DNA from: Acidobacteriota bacterium
GTDB lineage: Bacteria; Acidobacteriota; UBA890; WLXD01
Length of the DNA: 64,000 nucleotides
Direction of reading: 5' to 3'
NCBI GenBank assembly: GCA_963666055.2
Contig: CAXWPH010000003.1
Span: 1 to 64,000, forward strand
Below are positions 29,701 through 38,091 of this stretch, piece after piece. Position numbers and translations under genes: made by a program. Under the pieces are notes generated by a model. The model was not told the origin of the DNA. It did no database searches and was given only the letters and a program-made list of their open reading frames with translations. How positions within the stretch are numbered: the first letter of the stretch is position 1; each line of letters begins with the position of its first letter.

Positions 29701-30201
29701 CGCGATCTAATACGTCGCCTGGAGTCGTTCGAGGACCGCTTGCGCGACGCTGCGGAGGCGGGCACGCCCGGCGAACAGAGCGGTCAGGGCGGTGCTGAAG
29801 AAACGGGCGCCGGGAACCGACGCCAGAACATGCCTGGCGGCTCGACATCGGGAGTCCCCGGCGCACGACAGTTCGCCCGAGAGTTCCGCGAGCGGGTGGC
29901 CGACGCCGAGGAATTGCGGGATCGGCTCGGCGTCGACGGTCTGCAAACTACCGACCTGGACACCGTCGTGGGCGCGATGCGTGATTTCGAGGAGCAGTTT
30001 CAGGGCACCGCGCGGGGGCTCGACGAGCTCAGCAGTGATGTGATCGACGGGTTGAAGCTGTTCGAGTTCTGGTTGCGGCGAGTGAGCCAGGCGGAAGCCG
30101 GCGTGCGACCTCAACTTACCGGGTCGGATCGTGTCCCCGAGGAGTACCGCAGCCTTGTCGAGGAGTATTTCCGCGCCCTTGCCCAGCAGGATTCACGCTA
30201 G
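26785..30201 (+). CDS. Large membrane-anchored beta-domain + coiled-coil protein (DUF4175-like)
   Basis: N-terminal TMs, DQPPTV..EDDYGL, long Q/E/R-rich helices, C-terminal VPEEYRSLVEEYFRAL. Confidence 0.75.
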   Translation: MPMKRSVVRKLATLQSIEYQRLLGIMRRVRYRWRLRLLLRGLALALIAALATVLLASWGLDTFRSRPWAVIALSGLTYAVLAYALYRFLARPLWRRVSDEQVALYVQEHTGVDAALVSAVEFGSPGQRPDNSQVSAQFVEKLVEEAVLRAPEIGFGTSVESSELRRMSGVLGAASMAVVAVALMNPAFLLDGARRLLTPFARGTVPAPYTIEVTPGNDEVARGGDQLITALLFGFDSDQVEISFKVGDGDWDRQSMVADSATGAHQFMMFRLSDDAEYFVEASGVRSLLYRLDVVDVPYVERIDLELIFPQYSGLSPQVIEDGGDIAALVGTRVRLQVTPTVDVPGGRLRIEWLAAGDGDPLVETLPLESGNDGLRVELEVLRSGYYRVELSDFDGILHEASSEYLIEVLADQPPTVAFDSPGRDVSVTSIEEVFTEVSAEDDYGLARVDIIYSINGGERRTVPLLQGSGADRRSLTAAHTFYLEEEELEPGDFIVYFARAQDNRAVAEAQTRSTDLYFLEVQSFDRRYQQADAGGAGGGGGRGGGLGLARRQREVVSATFKIARDADSIADQEMADDLEFLAGVENELREQVQQAQTQFGGLGSDEDSLRGIDYLAEASKALDEAAGELTGHDADGALPPEQRALQYLQRFEALFLDMQVSMNQGGGGGAAGDMSELEEMFENQADKLDNQYESVRRERQDETDNAVDEAMQRLTELARRQQQEIERQRAQGARAPNQGGGQARQRQIAEQAEELARELERLGRRNSQRDLQEAANRLREAADAMRRAAASGGDASASDSARALNDLQNARRLLDRNRDGRLDRDLRDAQQRIAEMREDQAAIENEVEALGGAGGRTQERIDDLFERKDRLTDDIRGLERNLDDMARESRGQQMAASRALQEAAEWVRDEKLADKVRYSKGVVQERDPRTARAFEQEISDGLASLEGLVDSAAENIERSPGERLADAVEDTRDLIRRLESFEDRLRDAAEAGTPGEQSGQGGAEETGAGNRRQNMPGGSTSGVPGARQFAREFRERVADAEELRDRLGVDGLQTTDLDTVVGAMRDFEEQFQGTARGLDELSSDVIDGLKLFEFWLRRVSQAEAGVRPQLTGSDRVPEEYRSLVEEYFRALAQQDSR

Positions 30202-30476
30202 CAGGCCGTGGTGGAAGTGAGGCGGGCCTGGCGACAGGGTCTTGCGAGGTGGAGGCAGGGAGAGAGGAGGAGGCGATGGCTACCGCATCGTTGACGACGA
30301 ACGACGCAGCATACGCGCGCCACCCCCTATCGCCCGGAGGGTTACGGCGATTTGGGGTCATCTGCGGTGTTGGCCTTCCTCGACGATGGCTAGGGCATCG
30401 CCAGTGTCAGGCCGCCTTGCATCTGACCCCAACTCGCCGTAACCAGGCCCGCCACACTTTCACCATGGCCTGCTAG
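30198..30476. mobile_element. 279-bp non-autonomous MITE-like structured repeat, full copy 1
   Basis: ~34-bp terminal inverted repeats CTAGCAGGCCGTGGTGGAAGTG.../...CACTTTCACCATGGCCTGCTAG; ~24 mismatches and no gaps versus copy 2 (counted by eye). Confidence 0.9.
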
Positions 30477-30481
30477 GCTGA

Positions 30482-30520
30482 CCTCGGTTAGACGTGTCGA
30501 AGGCCTCGGTTAGACGTGTC
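30482..30520 (+). repeat. 17-bp direct repeat CCTCGGTTAGACGTGTC x2 (period 22)
   Basis: Exact copies at 30482-30498 and 30504-30520. Confidence 0.85.
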
Positions 30521-30538
30521 CGGGTTGTTGCTTGCGAC

Positions 30539-31417
30539 TCAAATGCTGAGATCGTCGCTGTCCCAGCCGCGCTGCGCGATGAGTTGCCGGTAGGCTTTCA
30601 GGTGTTTCAGGGCATCGGGCTTTCGCCCCATGCGCTCGAGGACGCCGGCGAGGTTGAAGTGAGCATCGGCGTGGTCGGGATCGGCGAGCAGAGTTTCCCG
30701 GTAGGCGGTGTGCGCCTCCTTGAGACGCCCTAGGTCTTCCAGCGCTACGCCGAGGTTGAACAACGCTGTCAGGTCGGTGGGGCGCACTGCCAACGCTGCG
30801 CGATAGTGGCGCTCCGCTGCTTTCACGTCGCCCGACTCGTGTAGCAGTCGACCGAGATTGACGTGTGCATCGGCCGATTCAGGATCGGCCTCGAGCGCCC
30901 GACGGTACGCGTCTCGCGCCTCGCCGGGGCAGGCCATTTCGAGATCGCAGCCGATCTCGAACCAGTCGCGGGCCGGCAACGCGGGCTCGAGATCGGCGGC
31001 TCGTATGGCGGCGTCGTGAGCCAAGGGGGCAACCTGCTTGGCGAGCTCGGCGACATCGAAATCGAGCAACGCTTGCTTGGTCTCGGCGTCCCAGATCTCA
31101 CCGCCCTGCCGCACCACCACGCGCGCTCCATCCGCCTGCACGCGCACGCCGGTGAGCGAGCGCCCATCCGGTAGCTGGTGCTTGAGATTGGCAAGGGACC
31201 TGCGAACGCGAGCGAAAGGAACGCCGGCAGCCAACAGGTCGCGCGCCGTGCGCATGACTATCAGATCGGTAAACGAGAAGCGGTACTCATGCCGGGCGCC
31301 GCGCCGCGGGTTTACCAGCCCGGCTCGGGCCAGAGCACGCACTCGGCGTGGCTCGAGGTCGAGCACGCGGGCCACGTCGCTGGTGCCGTAGCCGCTTCGG
31401 GTAACCGGCTCGCTGAT
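30539..31417 (-). CDS. MerR-like HTH + TPR protein; start probably ATC 31417 (first canonical start GTG 31375)
   Basis: GYGTSDVARVLDL..YRFSFTDL, followed by TPRs (AHVNLG, ALFNLG, AHFNLA). Confidence 0.8.
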   Translation of the reverse strand: MSEPVTRSGYGTSDVARVLDLEPRRVRALARAGLVNPRRGARHEYRFSFTDLIVMRTARDLLAAGVPFARVRRSLANLKHQLPDGRSLTGVRVQADGARVVVRQGGEIWDAETKQALLDFDVAELAKQVAPLAHDAAIRAADLEPALPARDWFEIGCDLEMACPGEARDAYRRALEADPESADAHVNLGRLLHESGDVKAAERHYRAALAVRPTDLTALFNLGVALEDLGRLKEAHTAYRETLLADPDHADAHFNLAGVLERMGRKPDALKHLKAYRQLIAQRGWDSDDLSI

Positions 31418-31419
31418 GG

Positions 31420-32304
31420 CTATCTCTTCCTAGCCCGCTTGGTTGCGGCTTTCGCCTTGGTGGTCTTGCTGCGAGTCGATGTCTTGCGCTTGGCACCCTT
31501 GCGCCCGGTAGCCGCCGACCCTGCTTCGCCCGAGTACCCCGCGAGGCTGCTCTTGAGGGCCTCCATCAGGTCGATGATCTGCCCCTTGGGCTCCTCTTCC
31601 GGAGCCGCCGTGATCTCCTTACCCTCGACCTTTTGGGCGATGATCTTCTCGAGCCGCTCGGTAGCCGTGTCGCGGTACTGCTCGGGGCGAAACTCGTCGT
31701 TGGAGATCTGGTCGACGATCTGCATGGCCAGCTGGAGCTCGCTATCGTCGATCTCTGCGTCGCCGATCTCAATGTCATCGACGGCGCGGATCTCGCTGTT
31801 GTACCGCAGTTGCTGCATGATCAGCCCCTCTTGGAAGGGCCGGAGCAGCACCAGGTAGTTCTTGCCGCGCGCTGCGTACATCGCCAGCGCGGCGCGGTTC
31901 TTTTCCCGCATGACCCGGGCAAGCAACTGATACGGGCGTTCTCCGCCGGTGTTCGAGCCGAGGTAGTAGGCCTTCGCAAAGTGGATCGGGTCGACTTGGT
32001 CGAGCGGCACGAACTCCTTGATCTCGATGGCGTGCGTTGCCTTGAAGAGGATCTCCTCGAGCTCTTCCTGGGTGAAGGTGACGTACTGGCCCTTGGCGAA
32101 CTCGTAACCCTTCACCAGATCTTCGCGCTCCACCAGCTGGTCGTCGGTGGGGTCCCAGAAGCGCATGCGCACCCGCGAGCCCGTCTTCGGGTTGATCCAG
32201 TTGAGGCTGATCTTGGCGCTGGTGACAGTGCTTGAATACAGTCTTACCGGAATCGACACGAGGCCGAACGAGATTGTCGCTGTAGCCATTGCGCGCGCAG
32301 CCAT
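31420..32304 (-). CDS. ku: NHEJ DNA end-binding protein Ku
   Basis: ISFGLVSIPV, LVKGYE, IIDLMEALKSSL, basic C-terminal tail. Confidence 0.96.
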   Translation of the reverse strand: MAARAMATATISFGLVSIPVRLYSSTVTSAKISLNWINPKTGSRVRMRFWDPTDDQLVEREDLVKGYEFAKGQYVTFTQEELEEILFKATHAIEIKEFVPLDQVDPIHFAKAYYLGSNTGGERPYQLLARVMREKNRAALAMYAARGKNYLVLLRPFQEGLIMQQLRYNSEIRAVDDIEIGDAEIDDSELQLAMQIVDQISNDEFRPEQYRDTATERLEKIIAQKVEGKEITAAPEEEPKGQIIDLMEALKSSLAGYSGEAGSAATGRKGAKRKTSTRSKTTKAKAATKRARKR

Positions 32305-32330
32305 ACGAGTACTATAGCATTCGACACGCG
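32305..32330. promoter_or_regulatory. Probable bidirectional promoter with overlapping -10 boxes
   Basis: Minus strand TGC-TATAGT-6 nt-ATG(ku); plus strand TACTAT (32310-32315) and TAGCAT (32315-32320) before ligD ATG 32331. Confidence 0.6.
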
Positions 32331-34904
32331 ATGCCAGGGAATGATAAGGACGCACACTCGCGCCTAGCAAAGTACAGAAACAAGCGGCGTCAGCAGGAGA
32401 CTCCGGAGCCGTTTCCGACCGGTGACAAACGCGCCGGGGAGTTCGTGATTCATCTGCATGCGGCACGCCGCACGCACTACGACCTGCGCCTCGAGGTAGG
32501 CGGCGTGCTGCGCTGCTGGGCCGTTCCGAACGGCCCTTCGCTCGATACCGCCGACAAGCGGCTCGCCGTGCAAACCGAGGACCACCCGGTCGAGTACCTG
32601 GACTTCGAGGACGTGATCCCGGAGGGAAACTACGGCGCCGGGGCGATGATCGTGTGGGATCGAGGTCGCTGGGTGCAGCGCGAGGACGACCAAACAGGCG
32701 ACAACAAGCTGCTGTTCGATCTGTACGGCTACAAGCTCAGGGGGCGTTGGACCCTGGTGCGCACCAAACGCAATCCGAAGGAATGGCTGCTCATCAAGAA
32801 GGCCGACGGTTTTGCGCGCAGCGGAGCCGAAGCCGATCTGCCCGAGGAGTCGGTGTACTCGGGGCTCACCGTCGAACAACTCGGCGACGGCGGCGATCCG
32901 GCCGAGAGCGTGCGAGTCGAGATCGAGCGTTCCGGGGTGCCCTTGAGTCGCGTCAACGCGTCGAATCTGGACCTCATGCTGGCCAAGACGGCCGATGCTC
33001 CTTTTTCGCGCCGCGGATGGCTGTTCGAGCTCAAGTACGACGGCTACCGCCTCGTGGTGGGCGTGGATGATGGCCACGCCTTCCTACGCTATCGAAACGG
33101 GGGTGATGTGACCGAGATCTACCCGGATCTGATCGCGGCGCTCGCCACACTGCCATATCGGTCGCTGGTTTTCGATGGCGAGGTGGTGGTCCTAGACGAC
33201 GACGGTCGTCCGAGCTTCAGTCGGTTGGCCAAGCGAGCACGACTATCGCGCGCCGTGGAAATCCGCGCCGCAGCCCTGCAGCATCCGGCCACCTACTTCG
33301 TTTTCGACCTGCTCGAGCTCGACGGCTACGACCTGCGTGGCTTGCCGCTGTCCAAGCGCAAGGAGTTGTTGAGCCGCGTGGTCCCGCAGCGGGGCCCGGT
33401 GCGCTACGCCGAGCACATCGAGCGGCAAGGCGCGGAGCTTTTCGAGCAGGTTCGCAAGATGGGGCTCGAGGGGTTGATGGCCAAGCGCGGTGATTCCAAA
33501 TACCGAGCTGGCCGCTCGGATCACTGGTTAAAGATCCGTGCCGACCGCAACGTCGACCTGGTGGTCGTGGGGTACGTTCACGGCAAAGGGTCGCGCCGCA
33601 CGCTCGGCGCGTTGCTCGTCGCCGTCTACCATGAAGGCGAGCTGGTATACGTGGGAGGCGTTGGCAGCGGGCTTCGCGAGCGTGAGATCAATGAAATCCT
33701 GCCGCAGTTGCTGGAGCTGAGCGGCGGCGCGACGCCGCCACCGGTAGAGCTGCCGGCGCCCGGAACACGGCGTTACGCCAACATCCCCAAGCCCGGAGAA
33801 ACGGTCTGGGTACGCCCCGAGCTCGTCTGCGAGGTTCGGTTCAAGGAGATCACCCCAGACGGCCTACTGCGCCATCCGGTCTTCTTGCGCATGCGCATCG
33901 ACAAGCTGCCGGCGGAGTGCGACACGGGGCAGGCAGCCCTGGCTCATGCTCGGTTCTTCGGGGTCGGCGAAGACGATCCCACGCCCGCCAAGGCTGCGGC
34001 GTTCGACGCCTGCCGTACGGTGATCACCCGACCTGAGAAAGTGCTCTGGCCGGATGAGGGCTACACGAAGGGCGACCTGATCGACTACTACCGGGCGGTG
34101 TCGGAATGGCTGTTGCCTTATCTGGAGGATAGACCGCTGGTGCTCGACCGGTACCCCGACGGCATTGACGGCAAGTCGTTCTTCCAGAAGCACGCGCCGC
34201 ACTTCACGCCCGATTGGATCCGCACCGTGACCATCCACTCCGGATCCGGCGAGCGCGACATCGATTACTTCGTGGTCGACGACCCGGAAGGGCTCGTCTA
34301 CATGGCAAACGCGGCCGCTATTCCGCTGCACATCTGGTCCAGTCGGACATCAACCATCGACAACCCCGACTGGGCGATCCTGGATCTCGACCCGAAGGAG
34401 GCTTCGTTCGGCAGCGTCGTTCAGGTGGCTCGTGGGATCAACGAGCTATGTAAGCAAATCGGCCTGAGCGCCTACGCCAAGACGTCTGGCAAGACCGGAA
34501 TGCACGTGTTGGTTCCACTGGGCCGACAGGTTACGTATCAGCACGGTCGTATGCTGGCCGACCTGCTCGCCTTGATCGTTTCGAGGCGGTATCCGGAACT
34601 GGCCACGGTGAACCGCGCGCTCCACACACGTGGAGGCCGCGTGTATATCGATGCGGTGCAGAACGGCGCCGGCCGGCTATTGGTGTCGCCGCTGTGTGTG
34701 CGACCCTTCCGCGGCGCCACAGTATCGACACCCCTTCGCTGGAGGGAGGTGAACGCCAAGCTCGATATGCACCGCTTCACGATAAAGACGGTACCGGCGC
34801 GCCTGCGACGCATGAAGCAAGAGCCGATGCGGGCAATACTCGGCGAGCTTCCCGATCTCCTGGGAGCGCTCCAGTTACTGTCGGAGCTCGAGAATACCGA
34901 TTGA
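32331..34904 (+). CDS. ligD: DNA ligase D (phosphoesterase-ligase-polymerase)
   Basis: HAARRTHYDLRLE; ELKYDGYR; EGLMAKR; RYPDG, DLD, KTSGKTGMH. Confidence 0.96.
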   Translation: MPGNDKDAHSRLAKYRNKRRQQETPEPFPTGDKRAGEFVIHLHAARRTHYDLRLEVGGVLRCWAVPNGPSLDTADKRLAVQTEDHPVEYLDFEDVIPEGNYGAGAMIVWDRGRWVQREDDQTGDNKLLFDLYGYKLRGRWTLVRTKRNPKEWLLIKKADGFARSGAEADLPEESVYSGLTVEQLGDGGDPAESVRVEIERSGVPLSRVNASNLDLMLAKTADAPFSRRGWLFELKYDGYRLVVGVDDGHAFLRYRNGGDVTEIYPDLIAALATLPYRSLVFDGEVVVLDDDGRPSFSRLAKRARLSRAVEIRAAALQHPATYFVFDLLELDGYDLRGLPLSKRKELLSRVVPQRGPVRYAEHIERQGAELFEQVRKMGLEGLMAKRGDSKYRAGRSDHWLKIRADRNVDLVVVGYVHGKGSRRTLGALLVAVYHEGELVYVGGVGSGLREREINEILPQLLELSGGATPPPVELPAPGTRRYANIPKPGETVWVRPELVCEVRFKEITPDGLLRHPVFLRMRIDKLPAECDTGQAALAHARFFGVGEDDPTPAKAAAFDACRTVITRPEKVLWPDEGYTKGDLIDYYRAVSEWLLPYLEDRPLVLDRYPDGIDGKSFFQKHAPHFTPDWIRTVTIHSGSGERDIDYFVVDDPEGLVYMANAAAIPLHIWSSRTSTIDNPDWAILDLDPKEASFGSVVQVARGINELCKQIGLSAYAKTSGKTGMHVLVPLGRQVTYQHGRMLADLLALIVSRRYPELATVNRALHTRGGRVYIDAVQNGAGRLLVSPLCVRPFRGATVSTPLRWREVNAKLDMHRFTIKTVPARLRRMKQEPMRAILGELPDLLGALQLLSELENTD

Positions 34905-34934
34905 TCGTGGCGGCGGCCCCCTTCCCCGGCTCGA

Positions 34935-34956
34935 CACACTTGCACCAGGCCACTAG
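34935..34956 (+). repeat. Degenerate solo end of the CTAG element
   Basis: CACACTTGCACCAGGCCACTAG versus CACACTTCCACCACGGCCTGCTAG; its CTAG is the stop of the minus-strand hydrolase. Confidence 0.55.
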
Positions 34957-35603
34957 TGGTGCTCGCCGCCGTCGGGCAACGCTCCGACGAACTCTGCTGC
35001 CGCGTCGAGGGCCTCTTGGAGGTTGCCCGCCAGCGTGCGGCCCGATTTCACACGAGGCTTGAACGAGTGGTCGCCGTCTGCCAACCAATGCACCGAGATC
35101 GCTGCGGACAGACCGTATTGTTCTACCTCGTCGGGCGTGCCGAACGGGTCGCGTGTGCCCTGGAGAACGAGAGTTGGCGTACGTAGGTCGACCAGGTGCG
35201 AGGTCCGGAGCTTCTCGGGCTGGCCAGGCGGATGGAATGGGTAGCCCAGGCACAACAGCCCTCGGGCGGTGACTTCGTCGGCCACCATGCTGGCAATGCG
35301 GCCGCCCATCGACTTGCCTCCGATGACCAGCCTGCGCCCGCCGCCCAGCGCCTCGACTGCCGCACGCCACGTATCGAGGAGCTTCGTCGGGCGGTCCAGT
35401 CCGCCGCGTTTGCCGGTCTCGCGCCTACGTCGCATGTAAGGGAATTCGAATCGGGCGACGTGAAGTCCGCGCTCGGCCAGCCCGGTCGCGAAGCCATTCA
35501 TCCAGGCGGATTCCATACCGGCGCCGGCACCATGAGTCAGGACCACTGTGTGGTTGTCGGGCGTGCCGTCGAAGACGAAGTCGTCCACAGTCATCGGGTG
35601 CAT
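34953..35603 (-). CDS. Alpha/beta hydrolase
   Basis: HGAGAGM, GGKSMGGR, LGYPFHPPG, QGTRDPFG, GDHSF. Confidence 0.92.
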   Translation of the reverse strand: MHPMTVDDFVFDGTPDNHTVVLTHGAGAGMESAWMNGFATGLAERGLHVARFEFPYMRRRRETGKRGGLDRPTKLLDTWRAAVEALGGGRRLVIGGKSMGGRIASMVADEVTARGLLCLGYPFHPPGQPEKLRTSHLVDLRTPTLVLQGTRDPFGTPDEVEQYGLSAAISVHWLADGDHSFKPRVKSGRTLAGNLQEALDAAAEFVGALPDGGEHH

Positions 35604-35772
35604 TGTGGGTCGCGCCGAAAGGCGCGTCCAGCGTCGACGTTGGCGGAAACTCAGCGCCCCCGTCTAGCAAAGACCATACGACGGCTCGCAGAGCCAGTGA
35701 TCGACTCGGCAGCCTTCCGCAAACGTCGACTGACGACTACCGTACGCGAGGATGTGAATGCAGGAGCAAGTC

Positions 35773-36522
35773 ATGCCGCTTTCCGAGCCAGAGCTCAGCG
35801 CCCGCCAGGCATCGGGCGATGCTTCCCCGGCGCGCCCGCCAGCGTCCTGGCTGCGGCTCGCGGTGGGAGTGGTGATGGTGTTGTTATTGGTGACCTTCCG
35901 CCGCGAGTTGGCGGCCTCCGTGCCGCGCTTCACCGAGTGGGTCGACGGGATGGGAGTCTGGGGCCCGGTCGTTTTCATGCTCGGCTACGCGATTGCCACG
36001 GTGGCTTTCGTCCCAGGGTCGCTCCTGACGCTGGCGGCCGGGGCGATCTTCGGGATCGCACAGGGCCTGCTGCTTGTTTTCGTCGGCGCCTCGGTCGGCG
36101 CTACTGCGGCGTTCTTTCTGGCGCGTACGGTGGCCCGAAGCGCTATCGAGCAGAAGCTCGAGAACAACTCGCGTTTCGCAGCCGTCGATCGGGCCGTCGA
36201 GCGTGAAGGCCTGAAGATCGTGATGCTGCTGCGGTTGTCGCCGGTGTTTCCATTCAACATGCTGAACTATGCGTTGGGTCTCACGCGCGTACGGCCGCGT
36301 GACTACATGATCGCGTGTCTCGGGATGCTCCCGGGAACCATGCTCTACGTCTATACCGGCAAAGTCGTCGGCGATGTGGCGGCGGTGGCGGGCGGCGCCG
36401 CGCCCGAGCGCGGTCTCGGCTACTGGGCCATTGCCGTTGTTGGGCTCGTTGCCACCGTCGTAGTGACCACGGTTGTCACTCGTACTGCGCGGCAGGCGCT
36501 CCGACAAGTAACCGATGGCTGA
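35773..36522 (+). CDS. TVP38/TMEM64 (DedA/SNARE-associated) membrane protein
   Basis: PGSLLTLAAGAIFG, LRLSPVFPFNMLNYALG. Confidence 0.93.
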   Translation: MPLSEPELSARQASGDASPARPPASWLRLAVGVVMVLLLVTFRRELAASVPRFTEWVDGMGVWGPVVFMLGYAIATVAFVPGSLLTLAAGAIFGIAQGLLLVFVGASVGATAAFFLARTVARSAIEQKLENNSRFAAVDRAVEREGLKIVMLLRLSPVFPFNMLNYALGLTRVRPRDYMIACLGMLPGTMLYVYTGKVVGDVAAVAGGAAPERGLGYWAIAVVGLVATVVVTTVVTRTARQALRQVTDG

Positions 36523-38065
36523 TTTGCCGGCGACAGAGCTGGGCGGCGCGTCGGACCTGGGGGTTCGCATGGCGCCTTTCGACGAGCACAACCAAGAGCT
36601 GGTCGCCAACGTCCATCCCCACGACTGGGCCAACCCGCAGCCAGCTGGCCGCTACAACCTCGTGGCTATCGGGGCGGGCACCGCAGGCTTGGTTTCGGCG
36701 GCCGGTGCGGCTGGGCTCGGTGCCCGCGCCGCGGTAATCGAGCGGCATCTGATGGGTGGCGATTGCCTCAACGTCGGGTGCGTCCCCTCCAAAGGCGTGA
36801 TCAGCGCGGCTCGCGCCTGGCATGCGGCGCGTCGAGCCAGCTCCGAGTTCGGCGGTCCCACCTGCGGCGATGATGCTGACTTCGGTGCTGCGATGGAGCG
36901 GATGCGTCGCCTGCGCGCCGGGATCAGCCACCACGACAGCGTTGAGCGCTTCGCTCGCCTCGGCGTCGACGTCTATCTCGGGCAGGCGCGTTTCACGGGT
37001 TCCGACACGATCGAAGTGGACGGCAGGCAGTTGCGCTTCCGTCGAGCGGTGATCGCCACCGGTGGCCGTGCAGCCGCACCCCCGATTCCCGGGCTCGACG
37101 AGATCGACTACCTGACGAACGAGACGATTTTCTCGCTGACCGAGCTTCCCGCCCGGTTCGGGGTGATCGGAGGCGGCCCCATCGGTTGTGAGATGGCGCA
37201 ATCATGGGCGCGTTTCGGCAGCAGGGTTGCGCTGTTCGACATAGCTGACCATGTGCTGCCGCGCGAGGATCCGGACGCCGCCGCGGTCGTTCAGGAGAGC
37301 CTGGTCAGCGACGGCGTTGAGCTGATTCTGAAAGCGCGCATCAACGCGGTCGCCGCCAGTGGCGACACGAAGCTCGTGCGCTACGAGCTCGACGATGGTG
37401 TGGCGCGCGAGATCGAGGTCGACGCGTTGCTCGTCGCCGTCGGCAGGAAGCCCAATGTGGAGGATCTGGGCCTTGACGCCGCCGGCGTCAACTATGGTGC
37501 ACGGGGTGTCGAGGTCGATGACTTCCTACGCACCAGCAATCGTCGCGTCTATGCGTGCGGCGACGTGGCGTCGCGATACCAATTCACCCATACGGCTGAC
37601 GCACAGGCGCGCATCGTTATCCAGAACGCTCTGTTCCACGGGCGCGCCAGAGCGAGCAAGCTGGTGGTGCCCTGGTGTACGTACACCAGCCCGGAGATCG
37701 CTCACGTGGGGATGTACGAATCTGATGCCCGCGCCGCCGGCCATGAGGTTACAACGATCACGATTCCTCTTTCGGAGGTTGATCGCGCCGTCCTCGACGG
37801 CGAAGCCCACGGGTTCCTGCGCGTGCACCACGAGAAGGGGCGCATTCTCGGAGCCACGATGGTCGCCGAGCATGCCGGGGACATGATCGGTGAGCTGGCG
37901 CTGGCGATCACCGCGGGTATCCGGCTTTCGCAGATCTCGGCAACGATCCACCCGTACCCGACTCAGGCCGAGGTCATTCGCAAGGTAGGGGATGCGTACC
38001 GCCGTACCGGACTGACGCCGCTGACCAAGAGACTGCTGCGGTTCTGGTTCCGCCTCTTCGGCTAG
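36515..38065 (+). CDS. Flavoprotein disulfide reductase (mercuric reductase/dihydrolipoamide dehydrogenase-like)
   Basis: GAGTAG, GGDCLNVGCVPSK, GGGPIG, HPYPT; no C-terminal Cys-Cys. Confidence 0.9.
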   Translation: MADLPATELGGASDLGVRMAPFDEHNQELVANVHPHDWANPQPAGRYNLVAIGAGTAGLVSAAGAAGLGARAAVIERHLMGGDCLNVGCVPSKGVISAARAWHAARRASSEFGGPTCGDDADFGAAMERMRRLRAGISHHDSVERFARLGVDVYLGQARFTGSDTIEVDGRQLRFRRAVIATGGRAAAPPIPGLDEIDYLTNETIFSLTELPARFGVIGGGPIGCEMAQSWARFGSRVALFDIADHVLPREDPDAAAVVQESLVSDGVELILKARINAVAASGDTKLVRYELDDGVAREIEVDALLVAVGRKPNVEDLGLDAAGVNYGARGVEVDDFLRTSNRRVYACGDVASRYQFTHTADAQARIVIQNALFHGRARASKLVVPWCTYTSPEIAHVGMYESDARAAGHEVTTITIPLSEVDRAVLDGEAHGFLRVHHEKGRILGATMVAEHAGDMIGELALAITAGIRLSQISATIHPYPTQAEVIRKVGDAYRRTGLTPLTKRLLRFWFRLFG

Positions 38066-38085
38066 CAGGTCGTGGTGGAAGTGTG
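38062..38085 (+). repeat. Solo end of the CTAG element
   Basis: CTAGCAGGTCGTGGTGGAAGTGTG on the reductase stop codon. Confidence 0.9.
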
Positions 38086-38091
38086 CCGAGC

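Noticed and set aside
15103-30114. Long antisense and alternate-frame ORFs (e.g. 19735-20898, 28466-29581; also 61185-62534)
   Set aside because: Shadow ORFs expected in high-GC DNA, lying opposite well-supported genes, with no recognisable motifs.
30249-30476. Short ORFs inside the 279-bp element (also 48690-48975)
   Set aside because: Starts and extents differ between the two copies; no transposase features.
36515-38065. True mercuric reductase merA
   Set aside because: No C-terminal Cys-Cys pair, no NmerA domain, no mer operon; context is a DedA-family gene.
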